In this document: piece by piece, positions 19,270-27,769 of the stretch | Layout: every line of letters starts with the position of its first letter | Numbering within the stretch: position 1 is the stretch's first letter | NCBI GenBank assembly: GCA_047605685.1 | Contig: JASGFF010000001.1 | Location: 26,940 to 90,939, forward strand | Source: Microbacteriaceae bacterium | Lineage (GTDB): Bacteria > Actinomycetota > Actinomycetes > Actinomycetales > Microbacteriaceae | Reading direction: 5' to 3' | DNA length: 64,000 nucleotides | Made by a program: the position numbers and the translations under genes | The notes under the pieces: generated by a model | The model's input: only the letters and a program-made list of their open reading frames with translations | Database searches by the model: none | Told to the model about the DNA's origin: nothing

Positions 19270-20342
19270 CGTCCCTGCTCGAGGTCGAGGACCTCACGGT
19301 CACCGTGCACACGGACGCCGGCGACATCGTCGCGGTGGAACGGGCATCTCTCTCGCTGCTCGGCGGCGAGCGCGTCGGGATCGTGGGCGAGTCCGGCTCC
19401 GGCAAGAGCATGGTGCTGCGGGCGCTCCTCGGACTGCTGCCGCCGCACGCCGAGATGACCGGGAGCATCCGCTGGCAGGGTGAGGAGCTCGTCGGCTCGC
19501 CGCCGGGGCGGCTCGCCGCGCTGCGCGGCCAGCACATCGGCTTCATCCCCCAGGACCCGATGACCGCGCTCAACCCGGTGCGGCGGATCGGCGCACAGCT
19601 CGCCGAGGGGCCCCGCATCCACCGGCGGATGAGCCGGCACGCCGCCGGCGCGCTCGTGCCGGAACTGCTCGAGCAGGTGGGCCTGCCGGATGTGGACCGC
19701 ATCGCCCGCAGCTACCCCCACCAGCTCTCCGGCGGACAGCGCCAGCGGGTGCTCACCGCGATGGCGCTCTCCGGTGATCCGGCGCTGCTGCTGTGCGACG
19801 AACCCACCACGGCGCTCGACGTCACCGTGCAGGCGCAGGTGCTCGACCTCATCCGCAGCCGGGCGGATGCCGCCCAGACCGCGGTGGCGTTCGTCAGCCA
19901 CGACCTCGCCGTGGTCTCGCAGCTGTGCAGCGCCGTCTACGTGATGTACGCCGGCCAGGTGGTGGAGCGCGGCCCGCTCGCCGCGGTCTTCGACGATCCC
20001 CGGCACGCCTACACGGCGGCACTGCTGGCGGCGCTCCCCACCGCGGGGTCGAAGCGCGCCCGACTCGCCTCGATCCCGGGCGAGCTGCCGGACCGGGTGC
20101 ACCGGCCGGAGGGCTGCCGCATCCACCGGCGCTGCACGGTGGCCGGCGAGACCTGCCCCGACGAGCCGTACCGGCTCCGGGCCGTGGCGGGTGACCGGCT
20201 GGCCGACCGGCCGCCCGCCCGCATCGGCACCGTGCCGGAGCGGGGCAGCTCCTGCTACTACGACCGCGGGCTGCCGGTCGCCCCGGTCTCGGACCGCCCG
20301 GCCGTCAGCAGCCCCACCGTCAGCGGCGGAGCGGGCCGATGA
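19266..20342 (+). CDS. peptide ABC transporter ATP-binding protein (DppD/OppD-like)
   Basis: In-frame ATG inside ORF 19125..20342. Walker A GESGSGKS, LSGGQRQRV, and the C-terminal oligopeptide-transporter Cys-containing extension. Confidence 0.9.
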   Translation: MTSLLEVEDLTVTVHTDAGDIVAVERASLSLLGGERVGIVGESGSGKSMVLRALLGLLPPHAEMTGSIRWQGEELVGSPPGRLAALRGQHIGFIPQDPMTALNPVRRIGAQLAEGPRIHRRMSRHAAGALVPELLEQVGLPDVDRIARSYPHQLSGGQRQRVLTAMALSGDPALLLCDEPTTALDVTVQAQVLDLIRSRADAAQTAVAFVSHDLAVVSQLCSAVYVMYAGQVVERGPLAAVFDDPRHAYTAALLAALPTAGSKRARLASIPGELPDRVHRPEGCRIHRRCTVAGETCPDEPYRLRAVAGDRLADRPPARIGTVPERGSSCYYDRGLPVAPVSDRPAVSSPTVSGGAGR

Positions 20343-21118
20343 GCACGCTGCTGGAGGTACGGGATGTCACGGTGCGCTTCCACCGCGGCCGCACGCGGGT
20401 GACCGCCGTCGACGCCGTCGACCTCGAGCTGCGACGGGGCGAGATCCTCGGCCTCGTCGGCGAGTCCGGCTGCGGCAAGTCCACGCTCGCACGGGCCATC
20501 GCGGGGGCGCAGCCGGTCGATGCCGGCACGATCCGACTGGACGGCGAGCCGCTCGGCGGCCGTCGCAGCCCCCGACAGCGCCGCGCGGTGCAGATGGTGT
20601 TCCAGGATCCGTACGCGGCGCTGAACCCGGCGCTGCGGATCGGCCCGATGCTCGTGGAACTGCTCCGCGTGCACCGGCTCGCACCGCGCGGTCGGGAGCA
20701 GCACCGCGCCGCCGAGCTGCTCGCCGCCGTCGGCATCGGGCCGGCGTACCTCACCGCCTGGCCGCACTCCCTCTCGGGCGGACAACGGCAGCGGATCAAC
20801 ATCGCCCGCGCCCTCGCCCTCGAACCGGAGCTGCTCATCGCCGACGAGGCGGTCTCCGCCCTGGACGCCTCCGTGCAGGCCAGCGTGGTGAACCTGCTGC
20901 TGGAGCTGCGCGAGCGACTGGGGCTGAGCATCCTGTTCATCAGTCACAACCTCGCCGTGGTGCGGCAGATCGCGGACCGCATCGCGGTGATGCACGCCGG
21001 ACGCATCGTCGAGACCGGTGAGGCCGACCTCGTGTTCGCCGAGCCCGGGCACGCATACACCCGTGAGCTGCTCGCCGCGATTCCGCGGCTGCGCACCGAT
21101 CGAGAGGAGCACCGATGA
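20339..21118 (+). CDS. peptide ABC transporter ATP-binding protein (DppF/OppF-like)
   Basis: ORF 259 aa. GESGCGKST, LSGGQRQRI, ADEAVSALD. Confidence 0.9.
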   Translation: MSTLLEVRDVTVRFHRGRTRVTAVDAVDLELRRGEILGLVGESGCGKSTLARAIAGAQPVDAGTIRLDGEPLGGRRSPRQRRAVQMVFQDPYAALNPALRIGPMLVELLRVHRLAPRGREQHRAAELLAAVGIGPAYLTAWPHSLSGGQRQRINIARALALEPELLIADEAVSALDASVQASVVNLLLELRERLGLSILFISHNLAVVRQIADRIAVMHAGRIVETGEADLVFAEPGHAYTRELLAAIPRLRTDREEHR

Positions 21119-22458
21119 CCGAGGAGGAGCTGCAGACGCTGCTCGACGAGGCGGCCGCCCGGCACGGCGTTCCGGGCGCCGCCCTGGGCCTCATGGACCC
21201 GGCCGGCGTCCGGGCCGTGGTGACCGGCATCACGAACGCCCGCACCGGGGCGCCGGTGTTGCGCTCGACGATGTTCCAGATCGGCTCCATCTCGAAGGTG
21301 TGGACCGCCACGCTGGCGATGCAGCTCGTCGACGAGGGGCGGCTCGACCTGGACACCCCGGTGCGTCGCTGGCTGCCCGAGCTCGGCGACAGCCACGCCG
21401 GCGCCGCCACGATGCGGATGCTGCTGGAGCACACCAGCGGGCTCGAGTGCGATCTGTTCATGGACACCGGGCGCGGCGACGACGCGCTCGAGCGCTGGGT
21501 CGCCCGGATGGTCGACGAGCCGGCGCTGCATCCGCTCGGCGAGACCTGGACGTACTGCAACACCGGCTTCATGCTCGCCGGCCGGGTGATCGAGGTGATC
21601 GAGGGCGCCGACTGGGACACCGTGCTGCGCCGCCGGCTCATCGAACCCCTGGCGCTGCCCGCGACCGCGACCCTGCCGGAGCACGTGCTGCTGCACTCCG
21701 CGGCGCTCGGGCATGTGCACGAGCCCGGCGCCGCGTTCCGGGCCGCCGACGACTGGTTCTTCCCCCGCTGCGTCGGCCCGGCCGGGTCGATCGTGGCCCG
21801 GATCGACGACCTGCTCGCCTTCACCCGGATGCACCTGGCCGACGGCGTCGCGGAGGACGGCACCCGCGTGCTCAGCCGGGCGGGCGCGCAGCTCATGCGC
21901 GAGCAGGGGGTTGCGCTGCCGGCGCTGCTCTCCCCCGGGGTGCGGGGCTGGGGGCTGGGCTGGGGGCTGTGGCGCTACGGCGACGTCCCGGTGGTCGCCC
22001 ACACCGGCGGCACGATCGGCCAGTACGCCTTCCTGGACGCCTTCCCCGAGCGGGGCGCGGCCCTCGCGCTGCTCACCAACGGGGGCGACGCCGACGCGCT
22101 GGCCGCCGAGCTGCGCCGCACCATCCTGCCCGAGTGGCTCGGCGTCACCCCGCCGCCGCCGCTCGAGCCCATCGACGCCCCGCTCGGCGAGGTGCCCGTC
22201 GGCCGCTACCGGCGGTACGGGTCGAGCGTCGAGCTGCGCCGCGGCGACTCCGGCTACGAGCTGGTGCTCGTCTCCGGGCCGCTCGACACCGGTGCCGGCG
22301 AACAGGTGCAGGCGCTGCCGCTGCGCGCAGCCGAGTCGGGCTTCGTCGCCCTCGCCGAGGGCGGCCGGCATTCGGTGCCGGTGCGCGCCCTGACGCTGAG
22401 CGATGGACGGCGCGCGGTGACAGCGGGGACGCGCCTGTACGTCGAGGAGCGGGCGTGA
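21115..22458 (+). CDS. penicillin-recognising serine peptidase (beta-lactamase fold; R61 DD-peptidase / D-aminopeptidase-like)
   Basis: ORF 447 aa. SISK (SxxK), YCN (YxN) and HTG motifs in the canonical order. Confidence 0.8.
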   Translation: MTEEELQTLLDEAAARHGVPGAALGLMDPAGVRAVVTGITNARTGAPVLRSTMFQIGSISKVWTATLAMQLVDEGRLDLDTPVRRWLPELGDSHAGAATMRMLLEHTSGLECDLFMDTGRGDDALERWVARMVDEPALHPLGETWTYCNTGFMLAGRVIEVIEGADWDTVLRRRLIEPLALPATATLPEHVLLHSAALGHVHEPGAAFRAADDWFFPRCVGPAGSIVARIDDLLAFTRMHLADGVAEDGTRVLSRAGAQLMREQGVALPALLSPGVRGWGLGWGLWRYGDVPVVAHTGGTIGQYAFLDAFPERGAALALLTNGGDADALAAELRRTILPEWLGVTPPPPLEPIDAPLGEVPVGRYRRYGSSVELRRGDSGYELVLVSGPLDTGAGEQVQALPLRAAESGFVALAEGGRHSVPVRALTLSDGRRAVTAGTRLYVEERA

Positions 22459-23585
22459 GCGGGACGGGGCCGGTCGCCGGCATGCTCGACGACCTCGGCG
22501 CCCTCGTGTGCGCCGAGTCGCCCACGGCGGAGCCCGCTGCGGTGAACGTCGCGGCGGAGGTGCTCGCCGGGATCGGCGAGCGACTGCTGTCGCTGCCGGC
22601 CGAGCGCGTCGTGCTGGAGGGACGGGTGCACCTGCGCTGGCGGCTCGGTGAGGGCGCCCGGCGCGTCCTGATGCTCGGCCACGTCGACACCGTCTGGCCG
22701 GTGGGCACGCTCGAGCGGATCCCCTGGCGGGTGGACTCCGGCCGCGCGAGGGGGCCGGGCTGCTTCGACATGAAGGCGGGTCTCGTGCAGGCGCTGCACG
22801 CGGTCGCCTCGCTGCCCGACCCGGACGGCGTCACCGTGCTCGTCACCGGCGACGAGGAGCTCGGCGCACCGACGTCCCGCGAGCTGATCCGCGCCGAGGC
22901 GGGCCGGCACCGGGACACGCTCGTGTTCGAGCCGAGCGCGGACGGCGGCGCGTTCAAGGTCGCCCGGAGCGGCGTGTCGCTGTACGAGCTGATCGTGCAC
23001 GGACGGGCGGCGCACGCCGGCCTCGAACCCGCCGCGGGCGTCAACGCCGCCGTCGGCGTCGCCGAGCTGGTGCTCGCGCTCGAGCGCATCGGCGCGGGCG
23101 AGGCGGACGCGACCGTCACGCCGACGCTGATGTCCGCCGGCACCAGTGCGAACACCGTGCCGGCGCAGGCGCGGCTGAGCGTCGACGTGCGCGCCGGTAC
23201 CGTCGCCGACCAGCAGCGGCTGGATGCGGTCATCCGACGGCTCGCGCCGACGAACCCGGCGATGCGGGTGGAGGTGCTCGACGGCGTCCGGATCCCGCCG
23301 CTCGAGGAGGCCTCCTGCGCCGAGCTGGTCGCGATCGCGCAGCGCGAGGCCTCGGTCCTGGGCATCGAGCGCCCCGGCGCGACGCGCGTCGGCGGCGGCT
23401 CCGATGGGAACACCGCGGCGTCCGCGGGATCGCGGGTGCTCGACGGTCTCGGCGCCGTCGGCGGGGGGGCGCACGCGCCGGAGGAGCACGTGCTGGTCGC
23501 GACGATGCCCGAGCGGACGCTGCTGGCCGCGGCGGTGCTGGCCCGACTGCTGGAACAGGCACCGCTGCCGGAGCGGGACCGATGA
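22455..23585 (+). CDS. M20-family metallopeptidase (carboxypeptidase G2 / N-acyl-L-amino-acid hydrolase-like)
   Basis: Last 376 codons of ORF 21018..23585, from a GTG overlapping the upstream stop. GHVDTV, GCFDMK and TGDEELG metal and catalytic motifs. Confidence 0.85.
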   Translation: MSGTGPVAGMLDDLGALVCAESPTAEPAAVNVAAEVLAGIGERLLSLPAERVVLEGRVHLRWRLGEGARRVLMLGHVDTVWPVGTLERIPWRVDSGRARGPGCFDMKAGLVQALHAVASLPDPDGVTVLVTGDEELGAPTSRELIRAEAGRHRDTLVFEPSADGGAFKVARSGVSLYELIVHGRAAHAGLEPAAGVNAAVGVAELVLALERIGAGEADATVTPTLMSAGTSANTVPAQARLSVDVRAGTVADQQRLDAVIRRLAPTNPAMRVEVLDGVRIPPLEEASCAELVAIAQREASVLGIERPGATRVGGGSDGNTAASAGSRVLDGLGAVGGGAHAPEEHVLVATMPERTLLAAAVLARLLEQAPLPERDR

Positions 23586-24412
23586 GCGCGGCATGGCGCA
23601 GCGCCGAGCGCGCCGCGGACGCGGCCCACGTGACCGTGCGGATGCTGCGCGACGTGGACGAGCTGCTGGCTGCCGAGCGTGTGCAGCAGCAGATCTGGCG
23701 GGTGCCCTCGGACCGGGCGCTGCCGGTGACGGCCTCGGTGATGCGGGCGCTGCAGCACTCGGGCAACTACTGCGCCGGGGTCTGGGACGCCGACGCCGAG
23801 GAGCTGATCGGGGTGGCGATCGGCTTCTTCGGTGCGCCCGGCTACGCGGCGCTGCACTCGCACGTCGCCGGTGTGCTCCCCGCGCGGGTGCACGCCGGCG
23901 CCGGCCGGGCGCTCAAGCTGCACGAGCGCGCCTGGGCGCTGGAGCGCGGAATCACCCAGATGACCTGGACCTATGACCCGCTCATCGGGCGCAACGCCTG
24001 GTTCAACCTCGGCAAGCTGGGTGCCGTGGCGGAGGACTACCTGGTTGACTTCTACGGTCCGATGGCGGATGAGGTCAACCTCGGCGACACCACCGATCGC
24101 CTGCTGGTGCGCTGGCGGCTCGACGACGAGGCCACCGAGTCGCTCGCGGCCGGAGGGCCGGTGCGGCTGCCCGCGGAGCCGGAGGGCATCCTGCTCGCCG
24201 AGGCGGCCGGCCGGCCGCAGCCGCAGCCGCCCGACCCGTGGGCGCGCACGCTCGGGGTCGCCGTTCCCGACTCCCCCGAGCTGCGAGACCTCGGCCTTAC
24301 CCGTCTCTGGCGCGAGGCGGTGCGGGCGGCGCTCGCCCCGCGGCTCGGGCACGGATGGCACATCGCCGGCTTCCGCCGCGGCACCGGCTATGTGATCAGC
24401 ACGGACCGATGA
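23582..24412 (+). CDS. GNAT-fold acyltransferase-like protein
   Basis: ORF 276 aa. The VLPARVHAGAGRALKL segment resembles GNAT motif A (R/Q-x-x-G-x-G/A). ATGA overlap with the M20 gene. Confidence 0.6.
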   Translation: MSAAWRSAERAADAAHVTVRMLRDVDELLAAERVQQQIWRVPSDRALPVTASVMRALQHSGNYCAGVWDADAEELIGVAIGFFGAPGYAALHSHVAGVLPARVHAGAGRALKLHERAWALERGITQMTWTYDPLIGRNAWFNLGKLGAVAEDYLVDFYGPMADEVNLGDTTDRLLVRWRLDDEATESLAAGGPVRLPAEPEGILLAEAAGRPQPQPPDPWARTLGVAVPDSPELRDLGLTRLWREAVRAALAPRLGHGWHIAGFRRGTGYVISTDR

Positions 24413-24429
24413 TCAGGACAGGAGCACCG

Positions 24430-25536
24430 ATGAGGATCGACGCCTTTGAGCTGCGCAGCCTGCGCATGCCGCTGAAAGCCCCGTTCACGACATCGTTCGG
24501 CACCCAGACCGAGCGCGAGATCGTGCTGGTGCGGGCGCTGGGGCCGGACGCCGAGGGCTGGGGGGAGTGCGTCACCATGGCCGCGCCGCTCTACTCGGCC
24601 GAGTACACGACCGGCGCCCGGGAGGTGATGCTCCGCTGGCTCGCCCCCGCGCTGCTGGAGGCTCCCGCTCTGACGGCGGCGATCGTCGGCGAGCTCCTCG
24701 CGCCGATCGTGGGCCACCGGATGGCCAAGGCGGCGCTGGAGATGGCGGTGCTCGACGCCGAGCTGCGCGCCGCGGGCCGCTCCTTCGCGAGCGCGATCGG
24801 CGCGACCGCGGCGGCCGTGCCCTCGGGGGTGTCGGTGGGCATCCAGCCCTCGATCGAGGAGCTGCTCCGGGTGGTCGGGGGCTTCATCGACGAGGGCTAT
24901 GTGCGCATCAAGATCAAGATCAAACCGGGCTGGGATGTCGAGCCCGTGCGCGCGATCCGCTCGGCGTTCGGCGACGAGCTGCCGCTGCAGGTCGACGCCA
25001 ACTCCGCCTACACGCTCGCCCAGGCGGCGGTGCTGCGCCAGCTCGACGACTTCGGCCTGCTGCTGATCGAGCAGCCGCTGTACGAGGACGACCTGCGCCT
25101 GCACGCGACGCTCGCCGGCATGCTGCGCACGCCGGTGTGCCTGGACGAGTCGATCGTCTCGGCGCGTGCCGCCGCCGACGCGATCGCGCTCGGGGCGGCA
25201 TCCGTGATCAACGTCAAGCCCGGTCGGGTCGGCGGCTATCTGGAGGCGGTGCGCATCCACGATCTGGCCCGCGCGAACGGTGTGGCGGTGTGGTGCGGCG
25301 GCATGCTCGAGACCGGGGTGGGGCGCGCCGCGAACGCGGCGCTCGCCGCGCTGCCCGGCTTCACACTGCCCGGCGACATCTCCGCATCGGACCGGTTCTA
25401 CGAGGAGGACCTCACCGAGCCGATCCTGCTCGAGGACGGCCGCATCCGGGTGCCGGATGGTGCCGGCTTCGGGCGTACACCCATCCCGGAGATCCTCGCG
25501 CGGTATACCGTCGACACCGTGACGGTCCGCCGCTGA
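24430..25536 (+). CDS. enolase-superfamily o-succinylbenzoate synthase / N-succinylamino-acid racemase (MenC/NSAR family)
   Basis: In-frame ATG (RBS aggacaggag) within ORF 24238..25536. KIKIKPG (KxK), DANSAY, IEQP, LDES and NVKPGRVGG motifs. An alternative ATG at 24409 overlaps the upstream stop. Confidence 0.85.
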   Translation: MRIDAFELRSLRMPLKAPFTTSFGTQTEREIVLVRALGPDAEGWGECVTMAAPLYSAEYTTGAREVMLRWLAPALLEAPALTAAIVGELLAPIVGHRMAKAALEMAVLDAELRAAGRSFASAIGATAAAVPSGVSVGIQPSIEELLRVVGGFIDEGYVRIKIKIKPGWDVEPVRAIRSAFGDELPLQVDANSAYTLAQAAVLRQLDDFGLLLIEQPLYEDDLRLHATLAGMLRTPVCLDESIVSARAAADAIALGAASVINVKPGRVGGYLEAVRIHDLARANGVAVWCGGMLETGVGRAANAALAALPGFTLPGDISASDRFYEEDLTEPILLEDGRIRVPDGAGFGRTPIPEILARYTVDTVTVRR

Positions 25537-25617
25537 GCATCGCCGCCGAGCCCGGATTCCGGCGAGAGCCCGCGCCCCGGCGAGAGCCGTATCCCGGCGA
25601 GAGTCAGAGAGGTTCGC

Positions 25618-27222
25618 ATGGCCGAGTCGCACCCCCGCTCCACCCTGGGACGGCTGCTGGACGATCTCGGCCTGACCCTGGTGGATGTCGCGCTGGGGCG
25701 CGTCGATCCGAGCCGTGAGGTCTCCGCCGTCGTCATCCACGACCCGCTCGACCCGCCGCTGTGGCGACCGGGCGACCTGGCTCTCGGCGTGGGGCTCGGC
25801 GCCGCCGACGAGATCGCGGAGGTGGTCCGCGATCTCGACGCGATCGGCGGCGTGGCGGTGGTGCTGCGCTCGCCGGTGCCGGTCGACGCGCAGCTGCGCC
25901 GCGCGGTCGAGGAGAGCGGCGTGGTGCTCCTGGAGCTGACGCACGGCGCGAGCTGGTCGCAGGCGGCCAGCATGCTCACCGCCTCGCTCGGACTGGCCGA
26001 CACCCAGCTGGCCGCGGCGATCGAGAGCGACGACCGCGGCGACCTGTTCGCCCTCGCCAACGCCGTCGCCGACCTGCTGCACGCCCCCGTCACCGTCGAG
26101 GACCTGAACTCGCAGGTCCTGGCCTTCTCCGCCGACCAGGGCGAGGCGGATGACTACCGCAAGAACGCCGTGCTCGGGCGTCGTGTTCCGGATGACATCA
26201 CCGACGCGCTGAGGTCCACCGGCCTGTTCAACCGGATCTATGCCGCCCACGGCGCCGTGCTGTTCTCCCCCGCGGACAGCGGCATGGACCCGGCGCTGCT
26301 GCCGCGGGCTGTCATCGCGATCCGCGCCGGCGACGAGGTGCTCGGCACCATCTGGGCGGTGCTCCGCGACGGGGAGCTGACCGCCGAGCGTGCCGCAGCC
26401 CTTGAGGAGGCCACGCGTCCCGCCGCGATGCAGTTGCTGCGTGCCCGGATGTCGGCGCGCGGGCAGGACCGGGCGCGCACCGTGCTGGTGAACACGCTCA
26501 TCCAGGGCGGTGCTGCCGCCCGGGATGCGGCATCCCGCACCGGACGGTTCACCGGGCGCTCCTGCGTGCTCGCCGTCGGCCCGGTTCTCTCGAACGATGC
26601 GGTGCACTCGGCCTCGGAGCTGCAGCGGCTGGCGAGCTCGTTCACCCTGCACATGGCGACGATGCATCCCCAGGCCGTCGCCGCGACGATCGGCGCGACC
26701 GTCTACGGGGTGATCCCGGTCGGGCGCTCCGACCGCACTGCCGTCATCGACTCGGCCGACGAGTTCGTGCGCCGGGTGAGCCGGCGCACGCCCGTGGTCG
26801 TGGGCATCGGCGCCGCCGTCGAGGACCCCACGGCGCTGGCCACCTCCCGCGAGGACGCGGACCGCGCGCTGCGGGTGCTGCGCAGCGGCGCCCCGCGGCC
26901 GGGCGTTGCCCATATCGACGACGTGCAGGTGCAGTGGCTGCTGCTGCAGTTGGGCGACCTCATCGCGGCGGAGCGACGCGACGTGACCGGGCCGATCGCC
27001 CGCTTGCTCGCCTACGACGCGGGTGCCGGCGGTGAGCTGCTGGCGACGCTTCGAGCCTGGCTGGACGCGTTCGGCGACGTTGCGACCGCCAGTCAGCGTC
27101 TCTTCGTGCACGCGAACACACTGCGCTACCGGCTGCGCCGCATCGCGGAGATCGCGGAGGTCGACCTCGATGATCCCGAGGTCCGTTTCGGGATGATGCT
27201 GCAGCTGCGCGTCTTCGGCTGA
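25618..27222 (+). CDS. PucR/CdaR-family transcriptional regulator
   Basis: ORF 534 aa. C-terminal ..LFVHANTLRYRLRRIAEI.. HTH. Confidence 0.85.
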   Translation: MAESHPRSTLGRLLDDLGLTLVDVALGRVDPSREVSAVVIHDPLDPPLWRPGDLALGVGLGAADEIAEVVRDLDAIGGVAVVLRSPVPVDAQLRRAVEESGVVLLELTHGASWSQAASMLTASLGLADTQLAAAIESDDRGDLFALANAVADLLHAPVTVEDLNSQVLAFSADQGEADDYRKNAVLGRRVPDDITDALRSTGLFNRIYAAHGAVLFSPADSGMDPALLPRAVIAIRAGDEVLGTIWAVLRDGELTAERAAALEEATRPAAMQLLRARMSARGQDRARTVLVNTLIQGGAAARDAASRTGRFTGRSCVLAVGPVLSNDAVHSASELQRLASSFTLHMATMHPQAVAATIGATVYGVIPVGRSDRTAVIDSADEFVRRVSRRTPVVVGIGAAVEDPTALATSREDADRALRVLRSGAPRPGVAHIDDVQVQWLLLQLGDLIAAERRDVTGPIARLLAYDAGAGGELLATLRAWLDAFGDVATASQRLFVHANTLRYRLRRIAEIAEVDLDDPEVRFGMMLQLRVFG

Positions 27223-27609
27223 CTGGCGTCTCACTGTGCCGTGGCCGGAGCCTCGATCCGTCGAGAGGCCGGGTTCTGGGTGCGTGTGAGGACATGGAAA
27301 TGCCCCTCTGAGCGGCAGGAAATGAGGACTTGCTAAGGGCGAGACCGGTTCCCGAAAGGGCGCCGTCCGGATCGTCGGCGACGTGCTCGCGACCCTGTGC
27401 CGCATCGGCACGAGCGACGCAGTGCAGCCGCTACCGCGGGCCGACTCCGCGTTCTACGGTCACGTCACCATCGGCGCCGCGATCAGGGCCGTCGCGGACG
27501 TGTCGGTAACTGTCCGGATGATCCCCAACGTCCCCGCCGCAATCGCGGCGATCCCTGAGAGCGGATGGGCGATGATCGAGCAGCCGAACGCGATCCGTGA
27601 GGAGATCAC

Positions 27610-27723
27610 CGAGACGATGCCGCTCTCGGAACACGACCGCCAGACCCGTCGCTCCGAGGTCTCGGAGCCGACATCGGCGAGTTCGTCCGCGATCAACCGA
27701 TGCCCGAACGTCGGCACCTCCGG
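27610..27723 (-). pseudogene. possible IS3-family transposase (OrfB N-terminal HTH region) remnant
   Basis: About 38 codons, PEVPTFGHRLIADELADVGSETSERRVWRSCSESGIVS, resemble the FGYRLLADE..R.AWRIC...G.WS region of actinobacterial IS3 transposases. Similarity stops abruptly on both sides. Confidence 0.3.
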
Positions 27724-27769
27724 ATACGTGTCGACGGATGGACACGGCAGACCGTTGTCAAGAAATGCG

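Noticed and set aside
21018-23585. 855-aa ORF suggesting a fused beta-lactamase-region/M20 protein
   Set aside because: The first 479 codons are an off-frame read-through of the serine-peptidase gene (Arg/Pro-rich). Recognisable M20 sequence begins at the GTG at 22455, which overlaps the upstream stop.
24388-27411. 1007-aa minus-strand ORF over the racemase and PucR genes
   Set aside because: It is antisense to two well-supported genes and has no motifs, with composition typical of off-frame GC-rich ORFs. The same applies to 15665..17902 (-), 22145..24361 (-), 288..1571 (+) and 568..1809 (+).
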